64,000 nt of DNA from Narcine bancroftii (GCF_036971445.1 NC_091472.1:40238001-40302000); one strand, 5' to 3'; shown: positions 24,171 to 38,209, numbered from the stretch's first letter. The notes: generated by a model from the sequence alone, not told the origin. Program-made: numbers and translations.

Positions 24171-25200
24171 AGTTCAAAATTCAAATTTATTGACAGAGGA
24201 GATACATGATGTCACATAAAACCCTGATATCCTTTTGCCTGAAGCCAGGCAGAATTTCTACTTAACGGTAATGTACTTGAGAAAAGATACATATACAAAA
24301 GAGAATTGTCAACAAACTGGGCAAAGCAGAACAAAATAAATATTCTGCAATGAATAATATACAGAGTAGGAGTCCACAAGTGAGTCTTTGAGTTTTGTTA
24401 TGTAGGAGTTTAAAGGTGGAGGGGTAGCAACTGTTCCTGAACCTGGTGGTACTAGGCTTGTGGCACCTAGACCTCTTTCCTGACAGCAGCAGTGAGAACA
24501 GAACATGTCCTGGATGGTGTGGATCCTGGACAGCATGTAGATTTTCTCAAGTGTGGGAAAAGTTTTGCTTGTAATGGCTCTCTATTACTGTGTACAGTAT
24601 TTATTGCTATATTTTTTCTGTATTTGTACAGTTTGTTTACATTTCTTTGTTTATTTTTCTTTGTGTTCACATTTCTCGGAATGCATACTTCTTCTTGAGT
24701 GCAATTACAATTACTGCTAAGTAGAAATTCTGACTGGCCAGCAGAACTCTGTTCACTACCTTTTGTAGGGCTTTCTCCTCAGAAGTATTGGTACCCACCC
24801 ACATTAGACCATGATGCAGCCAGTCAGCACACTTTCCAGTGCACATCTGTGCAAGTTTTCTATGTCATAGCAAACTTCTGCAAACTCCTGAGGTAGTAGA
24901 GGTGCTGATATGAGTAATATTTAGTGTGTTGGGTCTAAGAAAGATCCTCCCAGATGGTGACTCCCAAGAATTTAAATTTGTTCACCCTCTCCACTCTGAT
25001 TTCCCAATTCTATACCTCTGGTTTTCCCTTCCTGAATTCAACAAACCGCTCCTTGGTTTCAGTAACATTATTTGAGTTTTTTGTAGTGCACCATTCAGCC
25101 AATTTTTCAATCTTCCTTCGGTATGTGGACTCACCACCTATTTTTTATTACAGCCCATTATCGTGGCATCATCAGTGAATTTATAGAGGGTACTGTTGTA
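24170..25200 (-). mobile_element. Rex1/Babar LINE 3' portion, with a second Rex tail inverted inside (approx. 24575-24740)
   Basis: Minus strand reads FKFLGVTIWEDLS, LYYLRSL, ESVLTGCIMV and TTRFRNSCYP. Confidence 0.75.
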
Positions 25201-25219
25201 CCCAGCCAAAATGGCAATA

Positions 25220-26890
25220 TTGTCATGTGGGTGGTGTAGTGATAGAGTGCTACCAGCAGGTAGAGTAGGAGATGGAGTGTGTAGCATCTAGAGAATGCTG
25301 TTGCACTTTGGGTAAATTCAAGATGGATGCCTCCTTGAGGCCCTGTCTGTGTATGTTCTGTTCTTAGTGCTGTTTGCTTAGTAATGAATCTAATTGTTTA
25401 AAAAGAACCCAAGTTTCTTTATTGCAGTAAAAGAAACATCACATGGTACCAGGAGAGTACTGCTGAGCACAGGAGTGAAAAAAAAACACCACAGTATGCA
25501 TAGTGATAACACTTGATAACAGCAGAAAAAATGTGGAGTTTAAAAACTCCTTACGCTGTAAAATGGACTGGAACTATCGACCATGAGTGGAGGCTGTTCA
25601 AATAAAGATCTATGCTAGACTTGCAAGCAATTAGAATCGATAGCAAACTGGATACATGGAAGATTGCAATGCTGCTTTCTGTGGCAGGGCCTAAAGCTCT
25701 TCAGGTTTTCAACACATTTATTGTTGTCAAGGCAGAAGACTGGAATAAATTCAAAAAGATTATCAAGATGTTTGATGAACATTGTTCACCAAAGAAAAAT
25801 GAAGCATTTGAGAGGCAGCTGCAGGAGAGAGCTTTGATACTTTTTTTTAATGGATTTAAAATTAAAAGCAAGAACATGCAATTTTGGATAGGTGCAAGAT
25901 TCAATGATCTGTCCTCAAATTGAGTTTGGAATTAATGATAAGAAAGTGAGAGAGGTTGCTGCGAGAGATAGAGCTTAACTTAGCTGGAGCTGTGAAAATG
26001 TTTGAAGAAAATGAACCCATAGTCATAGCCACAGTGCCTGGACGCTCAAACAAACAAAGTATGAGACATAGGAAAAAAACAAAGATGGAGAGACATTCAG
26101 TCGTCAACAACGTGGCACAAAACATGTGCCAAAGCAGCAATGTCCAGCTTATGAGAAAGTCTGTAATAGTGCTAAGGGCAGAATCACTATGCAGATCAAT
26201 GTTTTTCCAAAGGGAAACAAGTAAAAGTGTACACACTATAGAAGGCACTGTTCTCAGTGATGCCCTTTTTGTGGGCATAGTTTGCATGAAGTGAACAGTG
26301 TCGAACAGGATAAGTGGACTCTGACATTGCATACAAATGGAATAAATATTCCTTTCAAGCTGGACACAAGAGCAAATGTCAACTTGATGTAAGCATGACA
26401 TCAGGGCAATGAAGATAAAGCTATACATCCATGCATATCCAGAATTGGTTAAAGCCTACAATGGACAGCATTGACACAAAAGGTGCATGTAAACTTGAGG
26501 AGAAAGTTAAAAATAAAGAGCATCACATCAGGTTCACAGTAGTCTCAGATGGACATTTTTTCACATGCTTATCACCAGGCATTGAATTCTTAAGCCTAGT
26601 CAAGAGGTCAATGTCAATGTACAGAACAGTGTAGAGGAAATACTGGATCAATTTCCAGATATCTTTAAGGGGTTTGGAGTTCTATCATTCACAGTTAAGA
26701 TACAGTTAAAGGAGGATGCACAGCCAGTAGTGTATGCCCTCAGTGAGTTTCAATGCCACTAAAAGAAAAGCTCAAACAGGACCTCAACCAAATGAAGGTA
26801 CCAGGGATCATAAAGAAAGTGGAGGAGCCCAAAGAATTGGTGAATTTAATGTTGTGTGTCAAAAAGAAGAATGGTGACTTACGTGTGACC
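25220..26890 (+). mobile_element. Truncated Gypsy LTR retrotransposon (5' LTR remnant, gag, protease, start of RT)
   Basis: tgtcatg...acatcaca followed by PBS-like tggtaccaggag (25444); KIAMLLSVAGPKALQVFNTF..HCSPKKNEAFER; FKLDTRANVNL; IKKVEEPKELVNLMLCVKKKNGDLRV. Confidence 0.8.
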
Positions 26891-27439
26891 ATGGTGTATT
26901 GGAGGATTTAAACCATGCTTTTGCTCCTGCAAGGCTGAGAATCAGTAACATCATGTTACATTGACAATCAAAATAACCCCGTTGCATGAATGAGTGCAGT
27001 GCAAAAGTAAGATTTATAGATCAATACATAAAAATTGTCACTTTGTAATGGTTGTAGAGAATGTGAATATTTAAGATGATGGATCGCTTTTTAATCAAGC
27101 AGTTAGTGTCTGAAATGGTACCGCCTTTCCTGGGTACCGTTGAACCTGAGATTCAAAACAGACATATTCTGAATTTCTGCCTTGCATGGTAGATGGTTAA
27201 TTGCAATAGAAACCAGGCCATTTTTGAGAAACATTTGAAAATTATGCCTCTGACAAACTTGTCAGAATCTTATTTCTGTACCCATAAAATTTTGGATCAC
27301 CTGCAGAACCTGAGTCCTGGTGGACTTTATCCTGGGCTCTCATGCAAAAATGATCATAAGATCGTACTTCAAAATTCTCTGGTTTCAAAAAAAGGTTCTA
27401 ATAAATTAGAAAATACCAATTCACTCAAAAAGGAATGGA

Positions 27440-28350
27440 TTCAGAAAGCTAATCATCCACATGTCAATCATATCATGGGAAAGCATTAGAAGTTATTCAA
27501 TACTTTAGAGAAGGATGTTTCGAAAATTTCAGGATAATCAGGCCGCATCAACGTAGTTTTGTGAAAGGTTGACTAATTTACTGGTTCATTGAAGAAGAAA
27601 GTCAATGGTAACCAATTGATGGGCTTAACTTAGATTTCTGGCAGACATTTGACAAGGTTTACTGCTGAAAATATAAGCTCAACATATCCCTAAAGGGGAA
27701 TATGGATAGGATAAGTAAGAGGGCTAGCAAAAGTGATAATCTTGGGAAAATTAAAAATTGACAATTCTGATGGAAAAAAATATAAAAAGGTAGAATGTTT
27801 CTTGAATATTGAGATAGTACACCACTCTTAAACGTGAAGGGGTTTACACACTAAAGGGCAGATGCAATAAGTAATTAGAAAAGCTAACAATGCTATTATT
27901 TATTGTGAAGGGAGGTCATGTTTAGTATTCCATCTGGGCTCTGCCTGTAGTTTAGGTCTCTTTGTTTAAGGAAAGTACACATGCTTTGGAATCAGTTCAG
28001 AGGTTTACTGGACTGATATAGAGAATGGGCAGATTCTCTTGCATCGACTGAATTTAGAGGAGTGGAAGGCAACTCAATTGAAACCCATTTGGAGGTGAAT
28101 GTTTCCTTGTGGAGAACTAAGGGGACATTTCCATATAAAAATAAAGGGCTGCCCATTTAAAGCAGATGTGGCGATTAAAAAAAAAATCATCTCATCGGGT
28201 CAATGTTTTTGGAACCCTTCTTCAAACTTCGAAGAAAGTGTAGTATTTGAATCTCAGATGATTGCTAAAGAAAGGTATGAAAGAAGGATTGTGTTGTTGA
28301 GATTACAAGTAGAACAAATTAACAACAGAGCAGTCTCATGGAGCTAATGA
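27440..28350 (+). mobile_element. Old CR1-type LINE remnant
   Basis: ttagatttctggcagacatttgacaaggt (LDF..FDKV) and a decayed 3' region. Confidence 0.6.
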
Positions 28351-28529
28351 ATTTGTGTTCCCCTGCTTTTTCCTACTGTCACGAATATACAAAATCGTTG
28401 AACTACTTTTGTAAAAAGACTATTTGTAACAAACAATACAACCCTTGAGGATTCATTCTTTAAAATGTGTTAATATTTAAAATTACTGGTAGCTGCCATA
28501 ATTTATCATTCTTCACCCCATCTCCTCAG

Positions 28530-28995
28530 AGATGATCCAGGGATGAGGGGGTTAGCCTTCAAGGAGAAAGAGCGAGAGAGAGAGAGAGAGAGAGAGAGAG
28601 TGCCTGGGACAGTATTCACTGGAATTTAGAAGAATAAGAGGCGATCTTATAGAAATGTATAAAACTATGATAGAGGAAGGCAAGTTGTTCCCATTGGCTG
28701 AGTAGAACTAGAGTACATAGTGTCAAGATCCAGGGTAGTAGATTTAGAATGGAGAGGAGGAGGAACTGCTTTTACTATAGGGTGCTCATTGAAACAGTGG
28801 AGGTTACCTTAGTAAATATATTTAAGACGAGGTTGGATAGATTTTTACAAAGTAGAGGAATTAAGGGATACGAGAAAAAGGCAGGTAGTTGGAGATGAGC
28901 CTATCATCAGATCAGCCATGATCACATCGAATGGCAGAGCAGGTTTGATGGGGCAGATGGCCTACTCTTGCTCCAATTTCTTGCATTTTGATGTA
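28530..28995 (+). mobile_element. CR1-type LINE 3' end containing a (GA)n microsatellite (approx. 28567-28600)
   Basis: tcactggaatttagaagaataagaggcgatcttatagaa (SLEFRRIRGDLIE) and the typical 3' UTR. Confidence 0.8.
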
Positions 28996-28999
28996 ACTT

Positions 29000-30430
29000 C
29001 CTCCAGCTTCCTCCACTTCTGACGTGGCTGAGGAGTTCACATACTGGCTAGACTGCTTCTTTAGGCCTGCCTGAACGTAACCAGAGACATCTTCCACACC
29101 GATGAACTCAGGAGGTCCGCACTCGTTTCGAGGGTAGGAACGAAAGTGTATGCAGCCATCAGGGACTACACTACATATGATGCTGCCATCAAGGCATTAA
29201 AGGCTTGGTACCTGAAGTTGCAAAATGAGGTCCTAGTGAGGCACCAGCTCGCTCTACATCGCCAATGGCCAGGAGAGACCATCGATGACTACCTGCTAGA
29301 TCTGTGGACACTTGCCAGAAGTGCAGGTACAAAGTGGCTATGGGCTGCGTTCATGAGGAAGAACCGAACTGGGACACTTTAGTCGCGGGGGGTCCATCCG
29401 AGGTACATGAGGCAGCGACTACTCTATTCAGGTAAGACCTGGCTAGATCCTATGAACTGGCCAAATTGTTGGCAAAGGCCAAGCTTAAGAACGACGACCT
29501 TGAAGCCAGTGAGCTCACTCACCCAGGTGACACTTTCCAAGGACTGGCTGCTCCAGCTACTCCAGCCCTAATGGTTGCTGCTTCCTGTGCTAGGGAGTGG
29601 TTTTTCTGAGGCAAGAGCCAGCATTCCTGATCTCGTTGCTCGGCTAAAGACTCAGTGTGTTCCAGCTATGACAAGAAAGGGCATTGGGCGCGTGTGGGGA
29701 AGTCCAAGGAAGTTCATGGTCTGCACCACTACCGGATCCGATTCCAGCCCCAAGCCATCTGCATTACACGCCAACAGAGGGTGACAGTGGCAGTGAAGAA
29801 ACAATGAGAAAAGGCTTGCCGGCTATCTTCAAACTCTGAGCCATTATCATTAGGGGAGGAAGGAGGGCGGCCATCTTGCCATGCCACTAGGTCAATGCCA
29901 TTTTACCCATTCAGGGCAACCCAGGACGGTGGGGGCCACTCGAGTGAAGAGCATGCATGAAGTCTCTGGGGTCCTAGCCTCGATGGTCCTAGGTCAGGAC
30001 AGACCTCACCAGCTCAGCAACTTCAGAGTGACTGTGAAGGTAAACCGACATTCCACTAAATGGCTGATCGACACAGGCTCTATTGAAAGCTTCATAGACT
30101 CATTGTCTGTGCACGAGTACAACCTAAAGATGTATCCTTCCAATTATCGCATACTCCTTGAGTCTCATTTGCATTCAATGCGTATTCAACAACATTGTAT
30201 AGTACAACTGTTGTTTGAAGGGGAGGAATTCTTTAAGATCTGCCTGTATATACTTGATAAATTGTGTGCTCTGGTTTTGTTGGGTCAGGACATTCTGTGT
30301 CACCTTAGAAGCGTGACCTTGGAGTATTCTGGTCCCCTTCCCTCTGTAACGGTTCAGAACAAAGGACCCCTAAAATCAGAACCCACATGCAGCCTCTCCA
30401 CACTGAATATTGACCCCCTACCCCTCTAGT
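29000..30430 (+). mobile_element. Gypsy-type internal fragment (gag, aspartic protease)
   Basis: YDAAIKALKAWY..NEVLVRHQL..RQWPGETIDDYL; decayed zinc knuckle (KKGHWARV); protease VKVN..LIDTGSIESFI..LLGQD (ORF 29881-30429). Confidence 0.8.
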
Positions 30431-31244
30431 TGTGAGAACTTTTATTTGCGCTACACCGACATCAACACAATCAGCCCAAATCTTTTGTTCTCACGGCAAA
30501 GCTGACACCTTGATGACATGGCAGAGTCCAGTAGCCACTATTTGTGGAAAAGCAAATAAATGGGAGAAATATCAAAATTAAACATTTAGGTCGTTCAGAG
30601 ATAACATGACCCTGGGAAGCAATTTTATATGCGTGCAGGTTAATGCCAATTTCTTCTACAGTTTTACCTTTTAACCTCCTCTTCCAAGAACTTGTGATTG
30701 AAGCCTAATACTGATTACTGGAAGGTAAGCACATTACTAAAAGCTTGGCTTGTCAGTTCCAATTACATTTTTTGATATTTGTGTGAGAAAGATTATGAAA
30801 TTGTACATTGTGCTAGTTATGCAAGCACACAATTATAATTCTCATATGGCTGAAATTTTAAAGGAACATTTTGCATCAGTATGCTTGGTGAAAGTCAAAG
30901 GATGGGAATAGTGGAGAAGAGTCCAATGAGAGCAAGAAACAAAGCGAATCAATATCAGCAACAAAAAGAAAGTACCAGAATAATAAAGGGAATTAAAAGC
31001 AGACCATATATTCTCTATCCTAGAATACTGAAAGAAGAAGTAATTGCAAAGAACGTGGAAGCATTCATGGTGTAATTGTGAAATTCTATGGTTCCAGTGA
31101 ACCACATGGTAACAATTCCAATTCAATAAAATGAGGAGAAATAAAGAAAATAGCAGAGTCTTAAAACCAGTAGTTCATGGTTTAAAAAAAATAAAGAATC
31201 CATTGTTAAGCCTTTGATAAAGTTACACTTTTAAACTATTCCAT

Positions 31245-31412
31245 TTTAAAAAAATTTAAACATACAGCATGGTAACAGTTCCTTTCGACCCACAAGCCTG
31301 TGCCACTTAATTACACTCAACTGACCTACAACCTTTCGAACACTTGGAACGGTGGGAAGAAACTCATGCAGACACGAGGAGAAGTACAAACTCCTCACAG
31401 ACAGCGCTGAAA
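31245..31412 (-). mobile_element. SINE copy
   Basis: tttaaacatacagcatggtaacag..acaaactcctcacagacagcg, the reverse of the SINE. Confidence 0.75.
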
Positions 31413-31653
31413 CACCTTTTACATTGTGAGTATTTTAATCATGCAATTAAATCACAGCTGTGGAATGCCTTTCATCAATAATTATGTCTTTCAGTGTACA
31501 TCCTTGGCAGTTCATCACTCCACTCCTGCTATTTTATTTGTGGGCTCTGCTACAAAAACAGTCAATCCTGATTCTGGGGTAAATTGGATGGGAGGCCCAA
31601 AAGTGCAGCAGTAGTTTAGATGATCAATGCTTAGTAGTAGAAAATAGAGATAG

Positions 31654-31978
31654 TGTGGCGGTCCCTCGCAACCTCCTCGGGGTGCCTCACAAAATGAAGG
31701 ATGAACGCGACGATCCAGCAGGCAGCACGAGGCCTGCAGCGCAGCCCTCCAATTGGCCACAACTAAAGGAGCCTAACTGGCCTATCAAGGAAAGCGGATC
31801 GCAAATGCCCCAATCAGCGCTGAGGGGGCTTTGACCACGCCCCTCATCTTGAGAATAAAAGCAGGGCTGTGAGCCCAATAAAGCTCAGTGTCGTTCTTTC
31901 TGAGCTGACCTGCAGACAGCTATAACCTCTCCTGTGCAATAGGCTCTGCAGAGCCATAGCTTGTAGCAGCTGGCTACA
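31654..31978 (+). mobile_element. Solo LTR (Gypsy-type)
   Basis: TGTGGC...GCTACA termini flanked by perfect 4-bp TSD ATAG (31650-31653, 31979-31982); internal aataaaag TATA-like motif and AATAAA (31877); GC/CpG-rich. Confidence 0.85.
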
Positions 31979-32964
31979 ATAGCAATATTTTATAAGTTGC
32001 AGATTCACAGTTTAGTTGGAGTCTCAGTGTTGACCAATTCTATTTACTTCAAATCCAGTTCTCATGATTTTACATGGAAAGATAGCCACAAAAAAAAGGA
32101 GGGATTACAGAACATTCCTGAAGATGAACTTATTGTAATTCATGATAAAGTATTTTAATCACTACATTTAAAAACAAACCATGTTAAACATGAATGTATT
32201 GCATTTATAAGTGATAATCATAAAAACTGAAAAATTGTAATTTCCTCAGACAAAATCAGGCTGTAAATTTTAACAAGTGCATATTATACATATCACTGAC
32301 ACAAAGTGAAAGGATGAAAAGGCAATGGTATTGTGTTAATTACTGAGAGCTGATTTCACTTGGGAGATTTCTTTTCTTCAAGGGTCAAGACTCTTCAGAA
32401 TTCTCTACTCACCTTCAAGGTAGAGAGTGAGTGATGCCTAAAATGCGAGGAAATCAAGGGCACGGAGAAAGCAAGACTGGATCAGCCACGATCTGAACAA
32501 ATCGCAAAGCAAACGCCAGAATCTAACTGGATTATTCTTTCCTATTCTTGATAGGTTTGTTCCCCCCAAAAGTCCTGTGTGCTGAGAGATATTAGACCAA
32601 TGATGTTCCAGAGGTTAGCAAACTATTTTCAGTCCTCTCTAGATACCACTGAAAAAATGGCATATTTTCAAAATGAAGTGCAAGGACATGTCAAGCAATG
32701 AGACAATATTCAGTGTAGCCTCAGAGGATGGATACATTTTGAGAAAGGATAATAACGAGATAAAGACGAAGAGAAGTTTGAGTTGGCAAAAGAGAGAAGT
32801 CATATTTGACTAATTTGATTATTAACTTTTTCTGTTGGCTCACAATTTAAAAGGAATGTTGTGCATAATAATAAAAATAATAATATTGAGTTATATTGTG
32901 ATACACACAAGTACAATGTACAAATGCATTCTAATTCTTGTTGCAGCAGAACAGATGACATGTA

Positions 32965-33330
32965 ACAATAAAAACAGCAGATGCTGGAGTCTAGTGTACT
33001 ACACAAGAATGCTGGAGAAACTCAGCAGATCCCTCAATCTCCTGACCTCCGGCTCCCTTGTCAGAGAGCTGCACTTTTCAGTCCTCTCCCACATCACTTC
33101 TCAGTTGATTTCCCTTCTAACTTCCCACATGTACCTTACCCGTGAGACTGAGATCTTCCCTTACCCCTTCTTCCACTCCAACCCCCCCCCCCCCAACCCA
33201 TTCGTTCAGACATCTGAATGATTTCTGACATACCCAAACGAAGGGCTCAGGCCTGAAACGTTGACTGCCTTTTACTTTCTATGGATGCTGGACGACCCAC
33301 TGTGTTTCTACAGCATTTTTGTGTACTGCC
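32965..33330. mobile_element. Penelope terminal-repeat remnant with inverted arms and degenerate hammerhead
   Basis: tacacaagaatgctggagaaactcagc ... gaagggctcaggcctgaaacgttgac ... gtttctacagcatttttgtgta. Confidence 0.7.
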
Positions 33331-34319
33331 ATGAAACAAGAAAACCAACTCCAATAACATACATTATTATACACGTTATTGTATTAAGATTCAAAAGGCG
33401 TTTCATGGAGTCCCGCTCAAAAGGTTGGTTAGCCATATAGAAGGCCATGGAATTGAATGATCAACAGCAGCAATGGAAAGAAAATGGACTTGAAGGCAGA
33501 AACAGTTGAGGCAAGTGGTAGTTTTTAATTATTGAACCCAATCTGTGCTTTAGTAATTACAGGACACATGTCAAAAAAATGAGATATTTAGTAATAATTT
33601 ACAAAATCTATTCCTGTATATTCACTCTTAACAAGGAATACATTTTGGGCCTATCTGCATGATTTTTTTTTAAAAACAAGGAGATAATTATGTTTTATGA
33701 ACTTCATGCGATTTATGCTCTCCTACATACAAAGATGGGAGGTTCTGCGGTATCCAAGTACAGTATTTATTTTAAGGACAGAAAATTTCAGAGTGGTTCT
33801 GATTTGGAATATTAGCTGCTGGGAAGAGTAGTGGAAGCCATGTGAGAATCTTCAAAATTGAATTTGACAAGCACTCAAAAGAAAATAAATGGCAGAGGTA
33901 CAAAACTATGAAAAAATATAGCACAGAAACCAATCATCTTGAGCAGCTGGCACAGCCTCAATCAACAATGAGGATTTTGTGATTATGCATGTAAAGACAT
34001 TTTACTCTTTCAAGTTATTTAGTCATGCACTTAAATTTCATCATTTTGATAAAAACTAGGGAGAACATGGCAAAAATTTCCTAATTACTCAGTCCTCAAG
34101 TTCAAACTTCACCAATGGTTCTACTCTTGACTGCTTTTGTAATGAGCAGAGTGTACCTTTCTGAATCCCAACCCTGCATCAAAAAGGAAAAACATTTTTT
34201 TGAGGCAAGACAAAGAAAATTGAATATGAACATTATTTTAGTACAGTGCAAACCATTATAAACCTCTTAAATCTTCCCAGAATTATATTCAATGTGGAAG
34301 CAACCAGATCAGAATACTG

Positions 34320-37280
34320 ATAGAATCACAGAGGGCTACAGCACTTAAACAGGCCCCTTTGGCCCTTCTAGACTGTGATGAACCATTTTTTTTTGCCAAC
34401 CCCTAGCGACTTGCACCCAATCCATTGCCCTCCATACCATTGCTCTCTCATCCACGTACATGTCCACATTCACCACCTCAGTTGAGAGAAGGTTCCTCAC
34501 TTCCACCATTCTCTGTGAGATGTTCCTCCTCATGTTCCCCCTATACCTTTCCCCTTTTATTATTAATCCGTGTCCTCTATTTTGTATCTCACCTCCCCCA
34601 GTGGAAAAAGCCTATCTACAATTACACTCTATATCCCCCTCATAATTTTAAATACCACTATCAAATCTTCCCTCATTCTTCTATGCTCCAGGGAATAAAG
34701 TCCTAAGTTGTTTAACCTTTCCCTGTAACTCAGTTCATGAAGTCTGGGCAACATCCTAGTAAATCATCTCTGCACTCTTTCTAGTTTATTGATATAAATC
34801 CTGTAATTAGGCAACCAAAACTTGCCAATATCTTATATTACTTTAGCTTAACATTCCGTCTCCAATAATCAGTACTTTGATATATGAGGGCCAATATGCC
34901 AGAAGCTCTCTTTATAACTCTATCCACATGTGGCACCACTTTCAGGAAATTATGTTTCTGTAATCCCAAATCCCACTGATGCTGTACTCCTCAGTGCCAT
35001 ACCATTTACTGTGTAGGTCCTTTCTTGGTTTGTCTTTCAAAAATGCATACACTTCACACTTGTCTGCATTAAATTCCATTTTTGACCCATTTTTCCAGCT
35101 GGTCCAGATCCATCTGCAAGCTTTGAAAACTCTTCTTCACCATCCACAGTGCCTCCAATATTAGTGTCATCTGCAAACTTGCTGATCAAATTTACCACAT
35201 TATTATCCAGTTGACAAATAACAATGGTCCTAGCACTGATCCCTGAGCTATATCTCTAGTCACAGGCCTCCAGTTTGAGATGGAATCATTAACCACTGCT
35301 CTCTGGTTTCTGCTGATGAACCATTGTCGAATCCAGTTCAATAATTCACCATGAATACCGAAAACTTTTCTGACCAGCCTCCCATGTAGGACCTTACCAA
35401 AGGCATTACTAAACTCCACATAAAAAACATCCACAGCCTTTCCTTCATTAACTTAGGGATAGGACATTTGGCTCAACACCTTTACAATCCCAGCAATTGC
35501 GACCGGGGTTCAAATCCCATGCTGTCTGTAAGGAGGTTGTACATTCTCACCATGTCTGCATGGGGGCTCCAGTTTCCTACAACCATTTGAAACTTACTGT
35601 GCAGTGTAGGTTAATTGGGTGTAAATTGGGTGGCACTGATTCATGGGTTAAAATGGTCTGTTGCCATCCTGTATGTCTAAATTTAAAATTTAAAAATTTT
35701 CCAGGTAACCTCCTCAAAAATCTCTAAGATTCATTGAATAGCACCTACCATGCACAAAGCCATGTTGACTATCACTAATCAGTTTCTGGCTCTCCAAATT
35801 GTATATCCAATCTATTAGAACACCTTCCAATAATTTACCAACTACTGATGTCAGGCTCATTGGCCTATAAATTCCAGGGTTACTTTTGGAGTCTTTTTCA
35901 AACAATGATTCAACATGAGCTAGTCTCCAATCTCTGGCACCACACTCGCCGCTAAGGAAATTAAAAAAAATTCTGCTAGAGCCTCTGGAATTTCTACACG
36001 CCTCCCCCAAGGTCCAAGGGAATATCTTGTAAGGCCCTGGGGATTTATCCACCCTTATTTGCTTTAAGCCAGCAAGCCCTTCCTCCTCTTTAATCTGTAA
36101 AGGTTTCATGACCTCACTGCTGGTTTTCCTCATTTTCCACCACTCTGTGCCTGTTTCCTGAGTGAATACTGATGAAAAAAAAAATCATTTAAGATCTTCT
36201 CCATCTCTTTTGGCACCAAAAAAACCTGATCATTCTGATCTTCAAGGGGACCAACTTTGTCCCTTATTATTCCTTTTGATCTTAATATATCAGTCAAAAC
36301 ACAGGATTTTCCTTTACATTGTCGGCCAAAGTGACCTCATGTCTTCTTTTACCCTCCTGGTTTCTTTCTTGAGGTTTTTCTCGCATTTTGTATACTCCTC
36401 AAGTACCTCATTTGCTCCATGTTGCCTACATCTACTATATAACTCTCTCTTCTTCTGAACCAGATGCCCAATATCTCTTAAACCAAGGTTCCCTATGCCT
36501 GCTAATTTTGCCTTTGATCCTGACAGGAACATACAAAATTTCACCTTTGAAGGTCCTCCACTTGCCTTCCACATCCTTGCCCGAAAAAAAAATGATCCCA
36601 ATCCACACATTCTAGATCCTTTCTCATTTCCTCAAAATTGGCCTTTTTCCAATTTAGAATTTCAACCTGAGGCCCAGACATATCCTTCTTCACAATTAAC
36701 TCAAAACATCACATTATGAATATGATCACTGGAGACCCAAAATGTTTTCCAACACATACCTGTCACCTGTCTTTCCTCATTTCCTAATATGAGATCCATT
36801 ATTGAACTCTCTTTAGTAGATTTAGAAAACTTTCCTGAACACATTGGACAAACTCCAAGCCATCCACCCCTTTTACCATTGGGGAGTCCCAGTCAATATG
36901 TGGAAAATTTAAATCTCATACTATCACAATCTTGTGTTTCCTGCAGCTGTCTGCTGACTCTCTACAGATTTGCTCCTCCAATTCTTGTTGACTATTGGGC
37001 AGACTATAATACAAGCCCATGAGTGTAGTCATATCTCCCCATTCCTCAGCTCCACCACATAGCCTCAGTAGACAAGTCCTCTGGTCTGTCCTGCCTAAGC
37101 ATAGCTGTGATACTTTCCCTGACAAGCAATCCCACTCCTCCCCATTTCTATCACATCTAAAGCATCAAAAGGCCAGAACCTTGAGCTGCCAGTCCTGCCC
37201 TCCCCATAACCAAGTTTCTCTAATGGCCAGAATGCCATAATTCCAAGTCCCAATCTATGCTCTAATCGCATCTGAGAACA
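34320..37280 (-). mobile_element. Near full-length decayed CR1-type LINE ORF2 (continues as ORF1 at 38210-39040)
   Basis: GLYYSLPNS, VDKSPGPYKIFPWTL, NPGIYRPMSLTSVVGKLLE..SQHGFVHGR, VEFSNAFGKVLHGRL..QGSVLGPLLF. Confidence 0.9.
35455..35700 (+). mobile_element. SINE nested in the CR1
   Basis: B-box ggttcaaatccc, core gctgtctgtaaggag, AT-rich tail. Confidence 0.8.
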
Positions 37281-37329
37281 TTTCAACCATGTACAATCTG
37301 TTGATTTCTAACAGTGCAAGGAATTTTCT

Positions 37330-38205
37330 TTTCTTTTAAAAAATATCTTTATTGATTTTAATAAAGAACTTATACAAACAAAAAGGTTACAATTCAATAA
37401 GAAAGTATGGACAGTCACATAAACTAAATAAGATATTCTGTATATCACTAAAATACATAATTCATATTCTAAATTGTATTTATTTTTTGAAAAAAACTAA
37501 TAATATTAAAAAAGAAGAAAGAAGAAAATAATTACCGCATTGCCAGATGCTATATATGACCAGTTTTAAAAGAAAAATGAAGATATAAAAATTAATGTAT
37601 GGAATGTGGAACACACACAAGTCAAACAATTTAATTACTTTGAAGTAAAATTATAAAGTAAGATAGTGAGTCTAAATGACCCCCATAACTTCTGGAATCT
37701 TATATCTGAATTATTAATTGAAGAACAAATCTTTTCCATCTTGAAGCAGGAACCACTGTTCCTGAGTAGGTGGAGGAGCATCCTTCTATTTCAGTAAAAT
37801 GGCACGCCCCTCACCAAAAGAGAGGCAGAAGAAATGGCGTGACTCTGAACCAGAGATAAAGAAGTGTCATTCCCTCCTGCTGTACTGATGAGGCCACCAA
37901 AGGATTCAGTGTTAAATCTATATAGAAAACGTTTGGTAAAGTATGGAAAACCTCTCTCCAGAGTAAGAATTAATGACGCTTCTCCGCTCTTATACCTGTC
38001 ACACCAGGGAGTCATATTGGAATAAAAGCAAAACAATTTTGCCTTAGACAAATGCACTCTGTGTACCACTTTGAATTTTAATAGACAACAGACCTATTAA
38101 CCAACTTAAGAATTCTGTCCCAATCCACATCAGAGCCAAATTTAAATCCTGTTCCCAAGCATTTTTGATTTTAACTAACAAAGTCTGATTTAAACAAAGC
38201 AAGTG
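37330..38205 (-). mobile_element. L1/Tx1-type LINE 3' fragment (zf-RVT region and A-rich tail)
   Basis: ORF 37791-38069 VHRVHLSKAKL..PWCDRYKSGEASL preceded by KFKV; poly(T) with tttattga at the left end. Confidence 0.75.
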
Positions 38206-38209
38206 CATG

